Below, piece by piece: positions 35,680 to 48,454 of a DNA stretch of 64,000 nucleotides (within the stretch, counting starts at the first letter, position 1; each line of letters starts with the position of its first letter). Source of the stretch: Entomortierella parvispora E1425. Lineage: Eukaryota; Fungi; Mortierellomycota. The translations under genes and the position numbers were made by a program. The stretch is taken from positions 2,880,120 through 2,944,119 of the forward strand of contig BQFW01000001.1 of NCBI GenBank assembly GCA_020891255.1, read 5' to 3'. The notes beneath the pieces were generated by a model. The model searched no databases. It had not been told where the DNA came from and saw only the letters and a list, made by a program, of their open reading frames with translations.

Positions 35680-37399
35680 ATGGGTCCTACCATCATTGAA
35701 TCCAGAAAGCCACAGTACCTGACTGCAGAATGCATCAGCTGCAACACCCCTGTCGAGTTCCTCATGCCCCAGACCTCGGGCGAGGTCATCTACATTGAGT
35801 GCTATGCTTGCAAGCAGGTCCTCAGCATTGATATCCAATACCCACAAAAAGGCCCCGCATCTGCATCCTCTGCATCCTCCTCCAACACAAAGGCCGGCGG
35901 CTCCACTAAAAAGGACGGTGCTGCCACCGCCAAGCCACGAAGAACAGGCACTGGCACCGGTATGATATCCTACCGCTCTGTTTATTTTTTTATCTTGGAG
36001 CCCTTCCCCTGACCACCTCAGACGTCCTTGACTGATGATTCTTTCACTAACTGATCTTTGGATAACCTGCAATATAGATGCAAGCCCCCTCGAGTCGGAG
36101 CTGTATGACATTCTTGGCGTGCCAACGGACGCCACACCTGCACTCATCAAAAAGAACTACAGAGCCCTTGCACTCCAGAACCACCCTGACAAGAACCCCG
36201 ACCCAGAAGCACATGCCAAGGTATTTTTCTTTCTTTTGAATCACATTTTTGTTTGGATTGCCAATGGGCAAAAAGTGGCTAATATCCTCCTTCGTGTATA
36301 GTTCCAAAAGATCTCGGAGGCATACCAGATTCTATCTGACCCAAAACTGCGGTCGGATTACAACATGTATGGTCAGAACAAGGATGTGTCTCCAGAAGGC
36401 GGGTTCGGTAAGCTTTCCCTCAGAGTTTCATTGAAAAAAAAACCCCCCATTGTTACCGGGCAGGGCCACTAATGTTGTTTTATCCTTCCCTGGAATGGTC
36501 CTTCCCGCCCACAGTCAACCCAGAGGCATTCTTCAAGCAGCAGTTTGGCGGAGACAGATTTGTGGATATCATTGGCGAAATATCCATTGGACGGGACATG
36601 CGAGATGCATTGAACGAACCCGAGGATGAGTCGACAGGAGACTTGTCTCCTGAGGAGAAGGCAAAGCGGGATGCATCTGTAACCGAAACAAAGGACAAGG
36701 CTCGTGATGAAGCCAGACAGGCCAGAGTGGACAAGTTGGTGCAAAACCTCATTCACAAGCTTAGCATATACACAGATGGACCTTGCGATTACAACGCTGC
36801 AAAAGCCTATCAGGAGATGATCCGTCTGGAGGCGGAGGAACTCAAGGCAGAAAGCTATGGCGTGGAGCTATTGCATGCGATTGGATTCACATATACCCTC
36901 AAGGCGAAACAATATCTCGGAAAGAACGAGATGTTGGGCCTCGGAAGTTGGTTCCATGGAGTGCGTGAGAAGGGCCACATTTTGTCCGAGACAGTCTCCA
37001 CTCTCAGAGCTGCCATGGATCTGCAGCAAAGCTTCTCTCAGCTCCAGGAGGCCGAGAAAGAGGAGATGGACGAGGCTGCCAAGAAAGCCCTGGAGGAGGC
37101 AGCCGCAACAAAAGGTCTTCGGGCTTTGTGGAAGGGCTCCAAACTTGAGGTGGAAGGTAAGGAAGGACACGGTTCAGATCTATTGGTTTTTGAAGACACA
37201 AATAGGAGAAAGACTGACCGTTTCATCTCTATTCTCGATCATTATCACAGGTGTTCTCCGCGATGTCTGCGACCGCACCTTGGGTGACACCACTGTCCCG
37301 AAGGCAGTGTTGTTGAAGAGAGCGAGTGCCCTTAAGATCATTGGAGCAGTCTTTGAAGGAGTCAAGGCGGACAAGACTACGACCACACCGACTCCATAG
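35680..37399 (+). CDS. DnaJ-domain + DNAJ-X protein (Djp1/Caj1-like), multi-exon
   Basis: LYDILGV...[18 protein letters not shown] (HPD motif), [17 protein letters not shown] and [13 protein letters not shown]. Confidence 0.9.
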
Positions 37400-37633
37400 A
37401 GGATGGCGCATTTAGCAGTGCAGGCGACAGGCGACGAGAAAAATAAAATAAAAAGATGGCCAGTGAGAGCACAGGAACAAAAAACTCATGGATGACCCGC
37501 CCAGCCCAGACGAACGCACGGGTTGCATGCAGGTCTCCCTCGCACTTCAATAATAGTCTCTTTTTCTCCTCACTTGCTTCTCTCAATCTCCATTCTTCCT
37601 TCTTCTCGTCTCCCTTCATCTCTCATTCCCCAC

Positions 37634-40196
37634 ATGAATGCACTTATCGCTCTTGCGGTCTGGTGTCAGCCCCATGGCCCTGTTACCATCCTCACCACGC
37701 AACATCGGCGACCTGCCTCATTCTCCTCCTTACCTCCCTCTTCTTCTCCACAGTCGCCCATCCCACGCAACAGCGATAATGGCACGCCACCGCCCACAAT
37801 CGACTCTTCTTCCTCTACAATCTCGTCCAATTCCTCGACTAATCCATCCCTGCTTGACCCCACCAGCGTGTCATCTAATTCTGCGACACAGGGCACCGAC
37901 CAGGTGCCCACACCCGACCAAAGAAAGATCAGGCGAGCAGCTAATCAGCACCACCACAACTCACCATCGACCAACTCGGCAGGAATGCGTCCAGTTTCGA
38001 CCCAGTCTGGTCTCATGTCTCCATCCACCAGCACCCATAGCATGAACAGCTCCAGTAACGCGTGCGAATGTCAGTTTAGTATACCAAGCGGCGAGAAGTC
38101 CTTGCACTCTGTCGACCCTGCCAACAGTGCCCTCTCATATATCAGTCAGGCTGTGCCAGTCGACCCAAATCTGTTTGCACCGATCCGCATGGCCTGCATT
38201 CGCTCGTGAGTAGATCATGACCTGTCTTGTTTGCTTGCCAATATTTTTTTCTTTGTACGGTGTCGAGCCAACCTCTATACTAATATCCTCGTGCTCTTGC
38301 CTTTCCTTGGTAGTCTCAACTCGGAGACATATTGTGGACGTGAGGGCTCCGTTTTCTTTGGCGACGGAATGAATGGCTATGTTCTTTCATACATGTTCAC
38401 TGTCCATGATGCGCAGTCGCGAGGACAGCGAGTCAAATACACCATCATGACCATGATGACGGACAGGGTCTACCTGGTGGCCAGCATGGAGTATCTCATT
38501 AGGTCCGTCTGATCTCATTTATCAATTTGTGCGATATTACGAGACACGTTCTAACCCCTGTCTCCCAGAGCAGCCAGTTTCAGAGAATAGCCGCGAATCT
38601 GCAAGCCATGGCCAGTGCACTAAGTCCTCCGCAACAATCTCCTGCAACAAGATCAATGTCTTACTCGTCGTCGCATCATCGAGGATCTATCATGCCAGAA
38701 AGTACGTTTGAATGCGCTTTACCAGCAGATCGGATCTGTAGTGACACACAGATTAATTGATGACAAACCCATTTAGACGCACCTACTCGAAGAGGGCGAC
38801 CCTTGACTGATGTTCTCGCGAAACCAGATATCTTTGTTCAGTTGCATGCGGCCTTTGTCTGTGTTCTTAGCAACTGCAGCCAGCGATTAATGGAGAGGCA
38901 CATTCAGGGCCGGCCCAAGGTGATGATCAAGATATGTCTCAACTTCATGTCTACAACTTTTCGTCCAATACTAACGAGAAACGATCGCACTAACATGGAG
39001 CAGGTTTTCGATGACGCTGGACAGAGCATTTTATTCACTGGAGAAGATTCGGATTGCGATGCAAAGACAGAGATCATTGATTCTCTGCGGGAATTACGGC
39101 GTGTGCTAGGTCGCCACAAGTTCGATCGTCTTATCTGGAACTGTGTGGTCGGCAATCAAGTCATCGTCCGGGGTGAAGAGACAAGGATCGTCAAGGAGGC
39201 CATCGTGCTATTGGAGGTTTGGCAAATCAGGCTGCAAAGAGAGTTGACGGTATGAGCGCATCATCTAACTTCCTGTTTGCTCATGTATCTTGGTCTGCAG
39301 GACATCTTGCCGAAAGCTTGCTGCACAGTGCATTTTGGTTCACAGTATGAGCCGACGTATGAGTGCAACATTCTTGGCCTCGAGCGATCTACAGCCATAC
39401 CCCCAGACATGGACCCACAGAGTTTTATTCTTCTGGATATTTGCAAAACCACCTTCGAACACGCCTTCCCGTCCCCCTCAACATTCCAGTCTGGAGATCA
39501 GCTGAATGGAGCTGACAATCCAATGGCGCAGTGCTACCAGGCTAACTGGTCGAACGATAAACTGAAAGGAGAAGCAATGACTCTCCCTGCGCTTCTTGAG
39601 AATATCGACATCTCTGGAGTCAAGTCAGATGTTACGTTAGAAGTTGGGGCCACTCCTCCTACTCCTCCGACGTCCGCATCTGGGACCCTATATTCGCCGG
39701 CTAGTGGTTTCAAGGCCCAGAGGAGGATTTATTTGCTTCAAGCTGGAGAGGAACCGCCAGAGATCTCATCATCTCTTCAATCAACAAATCTTTCTGAAAA
39801 GAATGGACTCGGCAAAGAGCTTGGTGGTCGTCGGATACAGAGCAACGCAGACAGACTTTATATCGAAACGATGAATTCTATATTAGACCTCAGACTGCCA
39901 CGGGTCATGGAAACAGCACGTTTATCTCTTTTGCGAGACGAATGGACAAGGTAGCTATCGCTTTTTTTCACTTTTCCCATGGCGTCATAATATTCATCGA
40001 GATAATAACGTTTGCCTTTTGATTTGTGAAAAATAGCAAATCTATCCAGTTCTACAACCTACATCGAGCAGGGCATGCATCGGACGAGTCTGTCGTGGAG
40101 CGTTTCCTCCAGTCCATGGTGGTGGATAAGCGAGACCTCAAAATCCTCCGGAACTTTGCAAAGTGCGCTCGATCCCAAAAATTCGGTCGAGGGTGA
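37634..40196 (+). CDS. FLCN: Folliculin (FLCN/Lst7-like), multi-exon
   Basis: MNALIALAVWCQPHGPVTI and CIRSLNSETYCGREGSVFFGDGMNGYVLSYMFTVHDAQSRG match recalled folliculin longin motifs. Also NCVVGNQVIVRG. Confidence 0.88.
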
Positions 40197-41266
40197 TTTT
40201 TTTTTTTTTTTTTTTTTGATAAAGAAAGTGACATTTTTGTCATGAACTGTACAATCGAAGACGACTTTTTGCACTCCATGGATGCGAAGGAAAAGAGATT
40301 GTGATTGCAATTACTCTTGCGCCCACCCAGCCCAACTGCAGCCAGTCCTCGGGAGTAACCCTGAGTCCACACATGGGGCCAGCGAGACGCTTAATCAAAA
40401 GTTGCCTTTCACACTGGCTGCGTGACTGGTGGTGGCTTTATAGTCAGTGGACTGTCAATTGGTTCCAGCTTACAAACCCTCGGGTCAAACTTTTATGCTC
40501 AAAGTGGTCGAATGAGATGTTTGTCTCCGACTCAAAGCAACCGCTGAACTCAGACGATTTCAGTTGGGGTTTGTCCGACGTGTGGGCTCTACCTCATTAG
40601 AATAATTATAGGGGGGCACAGTGCTTCTGGGAGGTGAGTATTTAGAAGAAAAAATAAAGGGGTCATTCAACTGCTGCTGGTGTTCCACGACCCAGATATA
40701 TCTACTTCCAACCTGTCGAATACCAGTTGGCTACACATGTCGATATTGGCTTTGGGCTAGAGCAGAGTCAATTGCCGGTTTATAGTTCTTGCTAAATGAC
40801 GAATGCATGTAGTACAGGAAAGCAAAGGTATCGGCGCTTGAGATCTAATGGAAGTGAAAGGAGGGTGGTATGAAGGGAAAGCGATAGGCGACTTTGGGAC
40901 GACATTGAAATGGGCGGTTTACACAATAGCTCAGGTAGGGATAGGTTAACAGCAAGGGAGGCTACTCAAGGTACTTTCCTTTGTCCTGAGCCACTTTCCT
41001 CCGTTCTGAGCTGCCTGCCCTTGTCAGATAAGTTTGGGTTGTGTGTGGTGGTGATCTGGAGGTGGAGCACGGAAGAGAGAGGAGGGACGAGCGAAAATCA
41101 TCGTACAAAAAGGTCAGGTGACCTGGCAAGATCCCTCGAAGGGACATGCGCGTCTCTCCTCTCCTCTCGTTCTCCATTATTACATCAAAGATCAGCCAAC
41201 GTCAGGACGCCAGAACCAACCACAGCAAGGACACTCAAAGGACGACTTGCCCAATCACATACCAAC

Positions 41267-42731
41267 ATGAATCAGGTTACAAAGTTTGATGGGACGCATG
41301 AGGACCTGATCCACGATGTCGCCTTCAACTACTACGGAAATAGACTTGGTATGCAGACCATTGGACCGCAGACGGCGATCCTGTTGAGGCGCTGCGATGT
41401 CATGCCGTATACTAACGCAAATGTCATCCCTTGCTTCTCATTCATGCTGTAATGTACGTCACTTGAATGTTTACAGCCACTTGCTCGTCAGACCAAAAGA
41501 TCAAAATCTGGGATTATAATGAAGCAGATGGCATTTGGGAGTCCAACATCTCATTCAAGGTAAGTCTTTGCCGAGGATGAAGGGACGTCAATATATCACT
41601 GAGAAGGCGATGCGCTAATACTGATATTCGTCATCATGTCCAATAGGCCCACTCTTGTGCAGTTCTGAAGACATCATGGGCTCATCCTGAATATGGCCAA
41701 GTTTTAGCTTCGTGTTCTTTCGACAGGAGTGTTATCATCTGGGAGGAGAGCTACCATGGTTAGTACCTTCTCTAGATCACAGACAAGCAGGAACTGGGAG
41801 ATTCGAGTAGGATATATGTGTCATTCTAAGAACGACCCTGCTTCAACTTTTAGATGCTGTTAAGAAATGGACGAGTGTTGCTACTCTTCGTGACGGAAGC
41901 GGCACAGTTCAGGACGTTGAATTTGCGCCCAATCATCTCGGGCTTCGTTTGGTAAGGGACAACAGGGCTATGGAGATGTAGCCAACGGAGAGCCAGAGGA
42001 GGTATTAACACACCCTTTTTATGGTCTTTGGCAATTTAGGCGATTGTTGCTGCAGATGGCCTTGTGAAGATTTATGAGGCCATGGATGTCACCAGCTTAG
42101 CTCACTGGACCATGATCGACTCATTCCCCGTGGGCGAGGGACCTAGCAAGGATGAGGACGGGAATCACTGTCTTTCTTGGTGTACGTCCAAGTTCACAGC
42201 ACAGATGATGGTCGTTGGATGTGCAAAAGATCACGTGGCAAAGGTAGGTCCTGTAACTCTATCCAGGTCATAGTTTCTTCAATGACCTAACTTGATACTT
42301 CTCACGTCCCCTGGTAGATCTTTCGTCAGGACCACAACACAAAGTGGCAGGCCTGTGAGGTGCTAGGAGGACATGGTGGTGTTGTACACGATGTGAGCTG
42401 GGCTCCAAACATGGGACGGTAAGATCTGCATCGCAGCTGAACGCAGAGAAGTCGAGACTTCAAACTAATATTCCGTTTAACTATTCCAGGAGCTACCACT
42501 TGATCGCCACCGCATGCAAGGATGGACATGTCAGGATATTCAAGCTCACTGATGACAGCCAAGGAGGAGCATTGACAGGAGGCTGGTCTAGAAAGATGTT
42601 TAACGTCACCTGTATCGCAGACTTTGCTGATCACAACGCAGAGGTTTGTTATCAAACTTGCCGCCATCTTGCTATGAATGTCCTAAAAAAATCGTAAGCC
42701 AAAGCTCATGAGTGCTCGTTTTCTTTCCCTC

Positions 42732-42762
<31 letters not shown>

Positions 42763-43019
42763 GGTCTGGAGAGTAGAGTGGAATGTTACTGGTACAATTC
42801 TTTCATCCTCAGGCTATGATGGCAAAGTTCGTCTCTGGAAAGGTATGTTTGGAGGGTCGTGGCTGGTCGAGGAACGATGAATTCGTCCCTAATGATTTTA
42901 CTTGCTTGCCTTTTTTTTTTTTTTTTTTTTTTTTTAATGAAATAGCAACCTATACCGGTGACTGGAGGTGTATGAGTGTGGTGTCAGCAGAGGAGGGTCC
43001 GAGTGCATTCCAACGCTAG
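41267..43019 (+). CDS. SEH1: Nucleoporin/GATOR2 subunit Seh1 (WD40), multi-exon
   Basis: [17 protein letters not shown]|[50 protein letters not shown] and [12 protein letters not shown]. Confidence 0.92.
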
Positions 43020-43458
43020 TGGGCTATCTTGAACAATAAAAATGAGTATGCTTCGTTAGCATTCTTGTTGTCAGTACTCTGGCTTGTGGCCAACTTTCAG
43101 AAGAGGTTGTCATAGCAGGGCTATGGGAGGCATTGGAAGTGATGGCCCTCACCGACTGTCTTCGCAGCTCACCAGCCGAAGAAGTGAGGGAGCGACAAAA
43201 ACAAACAAAGAAAAAAAAAACTCAAAATGGACGCGTCGCGTTCAATGAAAAAATTCATGTTCCGATGCATCCCAATGATTGTTGCAATGTTGCAATTCAG
43301 GCCAGCTACTTCAGAGTCTCAGTTTGTTGGTTCCAGGCGGCTTCCCTATAAAGAACGAGGGAGATCGTACCCTTCGCATTTCCCAGCAATCAGTTCCCTC
43401 CCTCATCCTCTCAATCTACCTACGTTACCTTACACATACACCTCATTTCATTTCCACC

Positions 43459-45156
43459 ATGTCTCTTGAAATGACGGAGTCTCGGCATCCACAGGATGAT
43501 GACTACCCTATCAAGCCGTCTCATGGGTCATCTGGAACAATGATCGGCCGCAGGGTTGAAGATGGCGCCGATGGTGGTCATCCACGCTCATTTTTTACTC
43601 GACGACGCAAGGTCGTCCTGGCGGGATCAGTTATTCTGACCTTGGCCGCTGTAGGTGGGCTGATCTGTCTTCTTGTCAAGAAACCTTGGAGTGCTCAAGG
43701 TGGCCAATCACCCTTTGGTCATCATGGAGCTCATGACGATTACAGCGATGGAAAGGGAGGCCAGAACGGCAACTCGGGCACTCTTCCTCGATTCAGTCCG
43801 GCTTCTGCTGTGTCGATTTCAAATTCTGTTCGCTGCAACGCTTACACCCCGGCGTTGGACCAACCATTCCTATACGGACAACAACCAATCCGAGGCGTCA
43901 ACTTGGGCGGTTGGTTGGTGTTGGAGCCGTTTATCACCCCTTCGGTGTTTGAGCCCTTCCTTAGCCAAAACGTTACCGATGAGTACTCTCTTTCAAAGCT
44001 TCTCGGTCTTGAAAAAGCTACGGCTCTCATCCAAAAGCACTACGACAGTTGGGTGACAGAAGCCACTTTCAAACGAATCCGCGATCTTGGATTGAATCAC
44101 GTTCGTATCCCTGTCGGATTCTGGGCACTGGGCAACTTAGCGCCTGATGAGCCTTATGTCCCAGATCTCTCTTTAGACTACTTGCTCCAAGGGCTGCGAT
44201 GGGCTGCCAAGTACGGTCTCCGTGTCATGGTAGAGCTTCACGGAGCGCCTGGATCTCAGAACGGCTGGAACCATTCTGGTCGAGCAGGCAAGATTGGATG
44301 GCTGGACGGGACCGCTGAAGGCGAGAAGAATGGCGAGAGGACGATTGCGTACGTGAAGCAGCTGCTTCAGCTGTTACAAGGACCAGGTATGGAGCATGTA
44401 TCGCCCATGTTTGGTATCTTAAACGAACCTGCCATTTTTTTGCTGGAGCGCGAAAGGACCGATCGATGGTACAAAGAGGCCTTTGCAGAGATGAGAAACA
44501 TCACAGGATCCGGAAAGGGACCATGGGGTGTCATTCACGACGGTTTCTTGGGATTGACGCAATGGGAGGGCTTCATGCCACACTCAGACCGCCTCGCCCT
44601 CGATGTTCACCAATACCTGATTTTTGACCACAGCCTGATCCGTTTCTCTCGCAAGGACCAGGTCAACTTTCCCTGCGACGTCTGGTCCAGAAATATGCAA
44701 CAGTCCACCCTGAAGTTTGGTCCAACACTCGTTGGCGAGTTCTCATCTGCAACTAACGACTGTGCCACCTACCTGAACGGAATTGGCTTTGGTTACCGTT
44801 GGGATGGAACCTTTCAATCTGAAGAAGACCGTCTTGCCGGAAAGCCTCTTGAGGAGGCTGCCTGCGAGCCGGCAAAGAACGGCCATATTGAAGGCTATTG
44901 CTCTTGTCAAACACAGAACCGTGTGGGTTCGTACTCTCAGGAGTACAGAAAGTTCCTCAGTGACTTCACGCAGACACAAATGGATGCGTTTGAGCAGGGC
45001 ATGGGATGGTTCTACTGGAATTTCAAGACCGAGACGAGCGCACTGTGGTCATATTTCGATGGAGTGGATCAAGGATGGATCCCAAAAGATGCAAACAGCC
45101 GGCCTGGTGGATGCAAGGCCCTTGGTCGTCCCATTCAACCTTTCCAAGAGGACTAG
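43459..45156 (+). CDS. GH5 exo-beta-1,3-glucanase with N-terminal TM anchor, single exon
   Basis: RGVNLGGWLVLEPFITPS, GLNHVRIPVGFW, HGAPGSQNGWNHSG, ILNEP (acid/base), VGEFS (nucleophile) and GWFYWNFKTE. Confidence 0.92.
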   Translation: MSLEMTESRHPQDDDYPIKPSHGSSGTMIGRRVEDGADGGHPRSFFTRRRKVVLAGSVILTLAAVGGLICLLVKKPWSAQGGQSPFGHHGAHDDYSDGKGGQNGNSGTLPRFSPASAVSISNSVRCNAYTPALDQPFLYGQQPIRGVNLGGWLVLEPFITPSVFEPFLSQNVTDEYSLSKLLGLEKATALIQKHYDSWVTEATFKRIRDLGLNHVRIPVGFWALGNLAPDEPYVPDLSLDYLLQGLRWAAKYGLRVMVELHGAPGSQNGWNHSGRAGKIGWLDGTAEGEKNGERTIAYVKQLLQLLQGPGMEHVSPMFGILNEPAIFLLERERTDRWYKEAFAEMRNITGSGKGPWGVIHDGFLGLTQWEGFMPHSDRLALDVHQYLIFDHSLIRFSRKDQVNFPCDVWSRNMQQSTLKFGPTLVGEFSSATNDCATYLNGIGFGYRWDGTFQSEEDRLAGKPLEEAACEPAKNGHIEGYCSCQTQNRVGSYSQEYRKFLSDFTQTQMDAFEQGMGWFYWNFKTETSALWSYFDGVDQGWIPKDANSRPGGCKALGRPIQPFQED

Positions 45157-46002
45157 CTCTATGTGAGATCCGTCTGATAAGACCTTCTCTGCCTTCAAAG
45201 TACAAGTAATAAAGATCCGTCTCTGCTTCACACATTGGCCACAACTGTGCGTTATCCCTTTGGGTCGCTTCTGTTTCTATCTTTCTCTCTTTTCCAGCCC
45301 TTTCGACTTTTTTTTTTTCATATTGTCAAACAAAGATGGACATTGACCGTGGTAACTGGGCGGGATGTCTTGTCGTTGTTTTTCTCTCAGAAAGGCCGTC
45401 CACTTTGTGCTTTCTAGCTGCGACTCTGCGTCTACAATCTAGGGGTTACTCCCAGCGACTCTTTCTCATATCACACTCTCGCATCCATAGAAAATCCACA
45501 GAGCCTCTTCCTTAATGGATTTTCCATTGTCACAGTCGTGCTAGGAGCTCTTGGCCGAGGTTTTGGAAGTTGTATTATAGTCAGAGCGGATGAAGGGCAT
45601 TGTTAAAGCTACACCAGCTAGATGGGTGTTGATCCAAGATAAGTTGGGAGCAACCATGTGTGTTACTGCAACGCAGCGAGTAGCAACATCAGTACCTGAA
45701 GAAAGAGGCCCAGGAGTAGCTTCAGCATCAGCCAAGGCTCCTCCAATTGTACTCTCGCAGATCTACTCCAAGAACTTTATCATTAAGTGGGCAACTTTTT
45801 GGGACTAAAACCATCGAAACCCTTCACCAATCCTCTCTATTGATAGTGTATGACATGTGGGCAAAAGAGACTGACATGCGTAACAAGAAGATCCCTCTTC
45901 TGGAGACCTTCTCCTTACAACCGGCCATTGTTACCAGGCCGAGCACAAAAAAAAAGACTGCAATAAAGGGCAAGGTTGGGGTCATGTTTATTGGCATGGG
46001 CA

Positions 46003-46650
46003 TCAGACAGTCATAAAAATACAACAGAAGCAGAGACAGGGACAGAGCTCAGCCATTTCTTTGAGAGTAGATCGGCATTCACCCCCCCTCCGATCTTCAT
46101 CATCGTCGTCAAGGTATCTTTTGTTATTCCTCCCAGTGGCCTCGGGGTTGAACTGTCCAGATTGCTGTAGGTAGTCGTCTTCTTGAACGCGTCTGCTAGC
46201 AGCAGTTCCAGGCGCTATCCCACCATAGTTACGATGGCCATGAAGTGGGTCCTCATACTCAAACTGCCCCGGTGCCTGAGTCTCTTGATGAACATCGGCG
46301 TAGTATGAATTGGGCCCTCCCCGATCAATCTGAATGCCACTGGCTATATTGCTTTCGCCAGACGTACCGTACCCATAGAAAGGAGGCTGCATTGATGGCG
46401 GAGGGCGAGTGACATACACAGGTGGGGGATGTGATGAGTCCTGGGACTCTGTTTGCAGTCCAGGGTGTTGGATATGTGGCGACAGAGACGCAGGGGTCAA
46501 ACCAGGCGACGTTAGCCGGTAATCGGTCCTGTATCCATCTTCGGTAGGGGGCCGTTGGCCAAGTTGTCTGCTTGTTCGATCGAGTGGGTGATCCAAAGGG
46601 ATGTCTGACTGGTGGTCGCCTGAGGGTGCTGACGAGGTTGGGGAGAACAT
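46003..46650 (-). CDS. Pro/Gln/Tyr-rich protein with Cys-rich hydrophobic C-terminal tail (CYSTM-like)
   Basis: ORF from the ATG at 46650 (MFSPTSSAPSG), ending ELCPCLCFCCIFMTV*. Confidence 0.65.
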   Translation of the reverse strand: MFSPTSSAPSGDHQSDIPLDHPLDRTSRQLGQRPPTEDGYRTDYRLTSPGLTPASLSPHIQHPGLQTESQDSSHPPPVYVTRPPPSMQPPFYGYGTSGESNIASGIQIDRGGPNSYYADVHQETQAPGQFEYEDPLHGHRNYGGIAPGTAASRRVQEDDYLQQSGQFNPEATGRNNKRYLDDDDEDRRGGECRSTLKEMAELCPCLCFCCIFMTV

Positions 46651-48454
46651 TGTTGGTGCTGTGAGGAGACAAAGGGCGAAACGAGGGCGGGGGAGAACAT
46701 CAAATTTATTGCAATTTGTGGGACTGTGATACGAACGAGGTGGGCGCAAAACTCCAAGCCCCCGACTGAACTCCATTCATGCCATGTCATCCACATTAAA
46801 GTCGGCGCCACAGAATTGAAGTCAAAATCTCGGAGCAAGACGACAGGATGACAGGATGACAGGATAGCAGGAGAGCAGAATAGCAGGATGACATAGAAAC
46901 AGGGTAGCGGAATGACTTGATGGCGCCCATGATGTTCACATTGCAGGCAGACGGGACATGGCAAATGCTGCGGGCTCCCAGCAGCAGGGCTACGCTAATG
47001 ACAATGGGCTGTATGCATGGCTTGGCCTTTGCTCTTTTTCGAGTTTGTCTTACCACGTTTGTAGTTATCCATCGTGCAGCCATGGTTTTCCGAGCTCAAC
47101 TACAAGAGGAAAAGTCGAATAAAGAAGATTAGGGTGCAAGAGCACAGCGTCACCTTCGTGGTGGTGGCAACTCGCACGATGAAGTGGAAGAAGATATGAT
47201 ATCCATCTCTGAAGAGCTCGGAGGCTCGTGCGAAATGAGAGAAAAGTCTTTGTGGACGACATAGAGTTCAGCAGGCTAAAGGAGCTGAAAATCACAGGCA
47301 ATGGCAGTGCAGTCGTCAATAATGTATCAGGACAACATATCCCTTCAGCGTGTTGGTCGCAACTGACGCAGGGGGATGAAGACGGGCAGTTCTCTTTTTG
47401 ATACTACATGCTGTGGTCTTGATTCTCTTCTTCGAGCATGATTTTTTTTTTAATATTCTGAGCTGTCTGGGGAAGACGCGGGGTGGAAGGCGCGGAGTCA
47501 AGCAACATTCCTGTTTGTCTCAAGGGACTACGCGGTGAGGCTGGCCAGACAAAACGGAGTCGTAGCGGCCATCCCCACAAACACACAGAGGGGTTGCGTT
47601 ATTCAGATGGGTGTGACATATGAAATACTCAAATCTGATGATGAAAAAAAGAAAAAAGTCGCTCAACTCCCAGTTTGCGCCGACATGACCGTGAACAAAA
47701 AAAAAGATGTGTGGACACTGGCGACCAATCTACCAATGAACTTTGACAGCAGCAAAATGGAACAGTAATACAACTGCGAATGGTCTCGATAGACAAGCCA
47801 ACATGATACTTGTATTGCCAGGAAGGAAATGAAAAATTACATACATTGATTGAATTGGGTATAATGAAAAGCAATAAGGCAAAGGATCATTGAGGGAGTC
47901 AAAGGTGAAAGAACACCACCATGACCATTACGCGGACAGTACAGCAAAGGTATTGACTGAAACTGAGCTTTTAAGTACAACTATCTACCTTTATGACCAC
48001 TGGAAGCAGAAGAAGACCATTGACAAAAAAAAAAAAAAGATTCGCGTGCCAGACGCGTTGCACTTCGCGCTCGCCAGCAAGGACCAGTGCATCAAACAGC
48101 AGTTGTGGCTCTCGGCGCATCTCGTATATCTTTTGTTCTTTTATAGCGGCACACGGGCACATGTAAGACTACCTCGGTAGTAATGGTGCAGTTGCATCGG
48201 ATGCCTGCTGCGTGGAACCAAAAATAAACTGTCCAAAAAGTCCTTTACATGGCGGTTGAGTAAAGCCTTTGTCAAGATCTTGGGTCTTCGCCCTGTTTGC
48301 AACAATGGGCCATCTCATTTTCATTTCGACCCGTGAAGAATTGTGAATTGTACCCAGTAATAATTGCACCACTGGCCTGCAATGTTTGATCCTTTGTTGT
48401 CATTCCCCTCTCTCCAACCATCGGACCTACAGGGTCTAGAGGCAAGCTGCAGCC

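Noticed and set aside
40472-40574. Possible multi-stem ncRNA between FLCN and SEH1
   Set aside because: The stems are short (4-9 bp with G-U pairs), match no family motif and cannot be distinguished from chance without covariation data.
45541-46024. Possible small secreted protein gene on the minus strand
   Set aside because: The signal-peptide-like start cannot be spliced into an open downstream frame; the junctions I tried create stops.
47065-48372. Short ORFs, including one with WTLATNLP (IS4-like) at 47535-47768
   Set aside because: No DDE context or consistent frame, and insufficient evidence for a gene or transposase.
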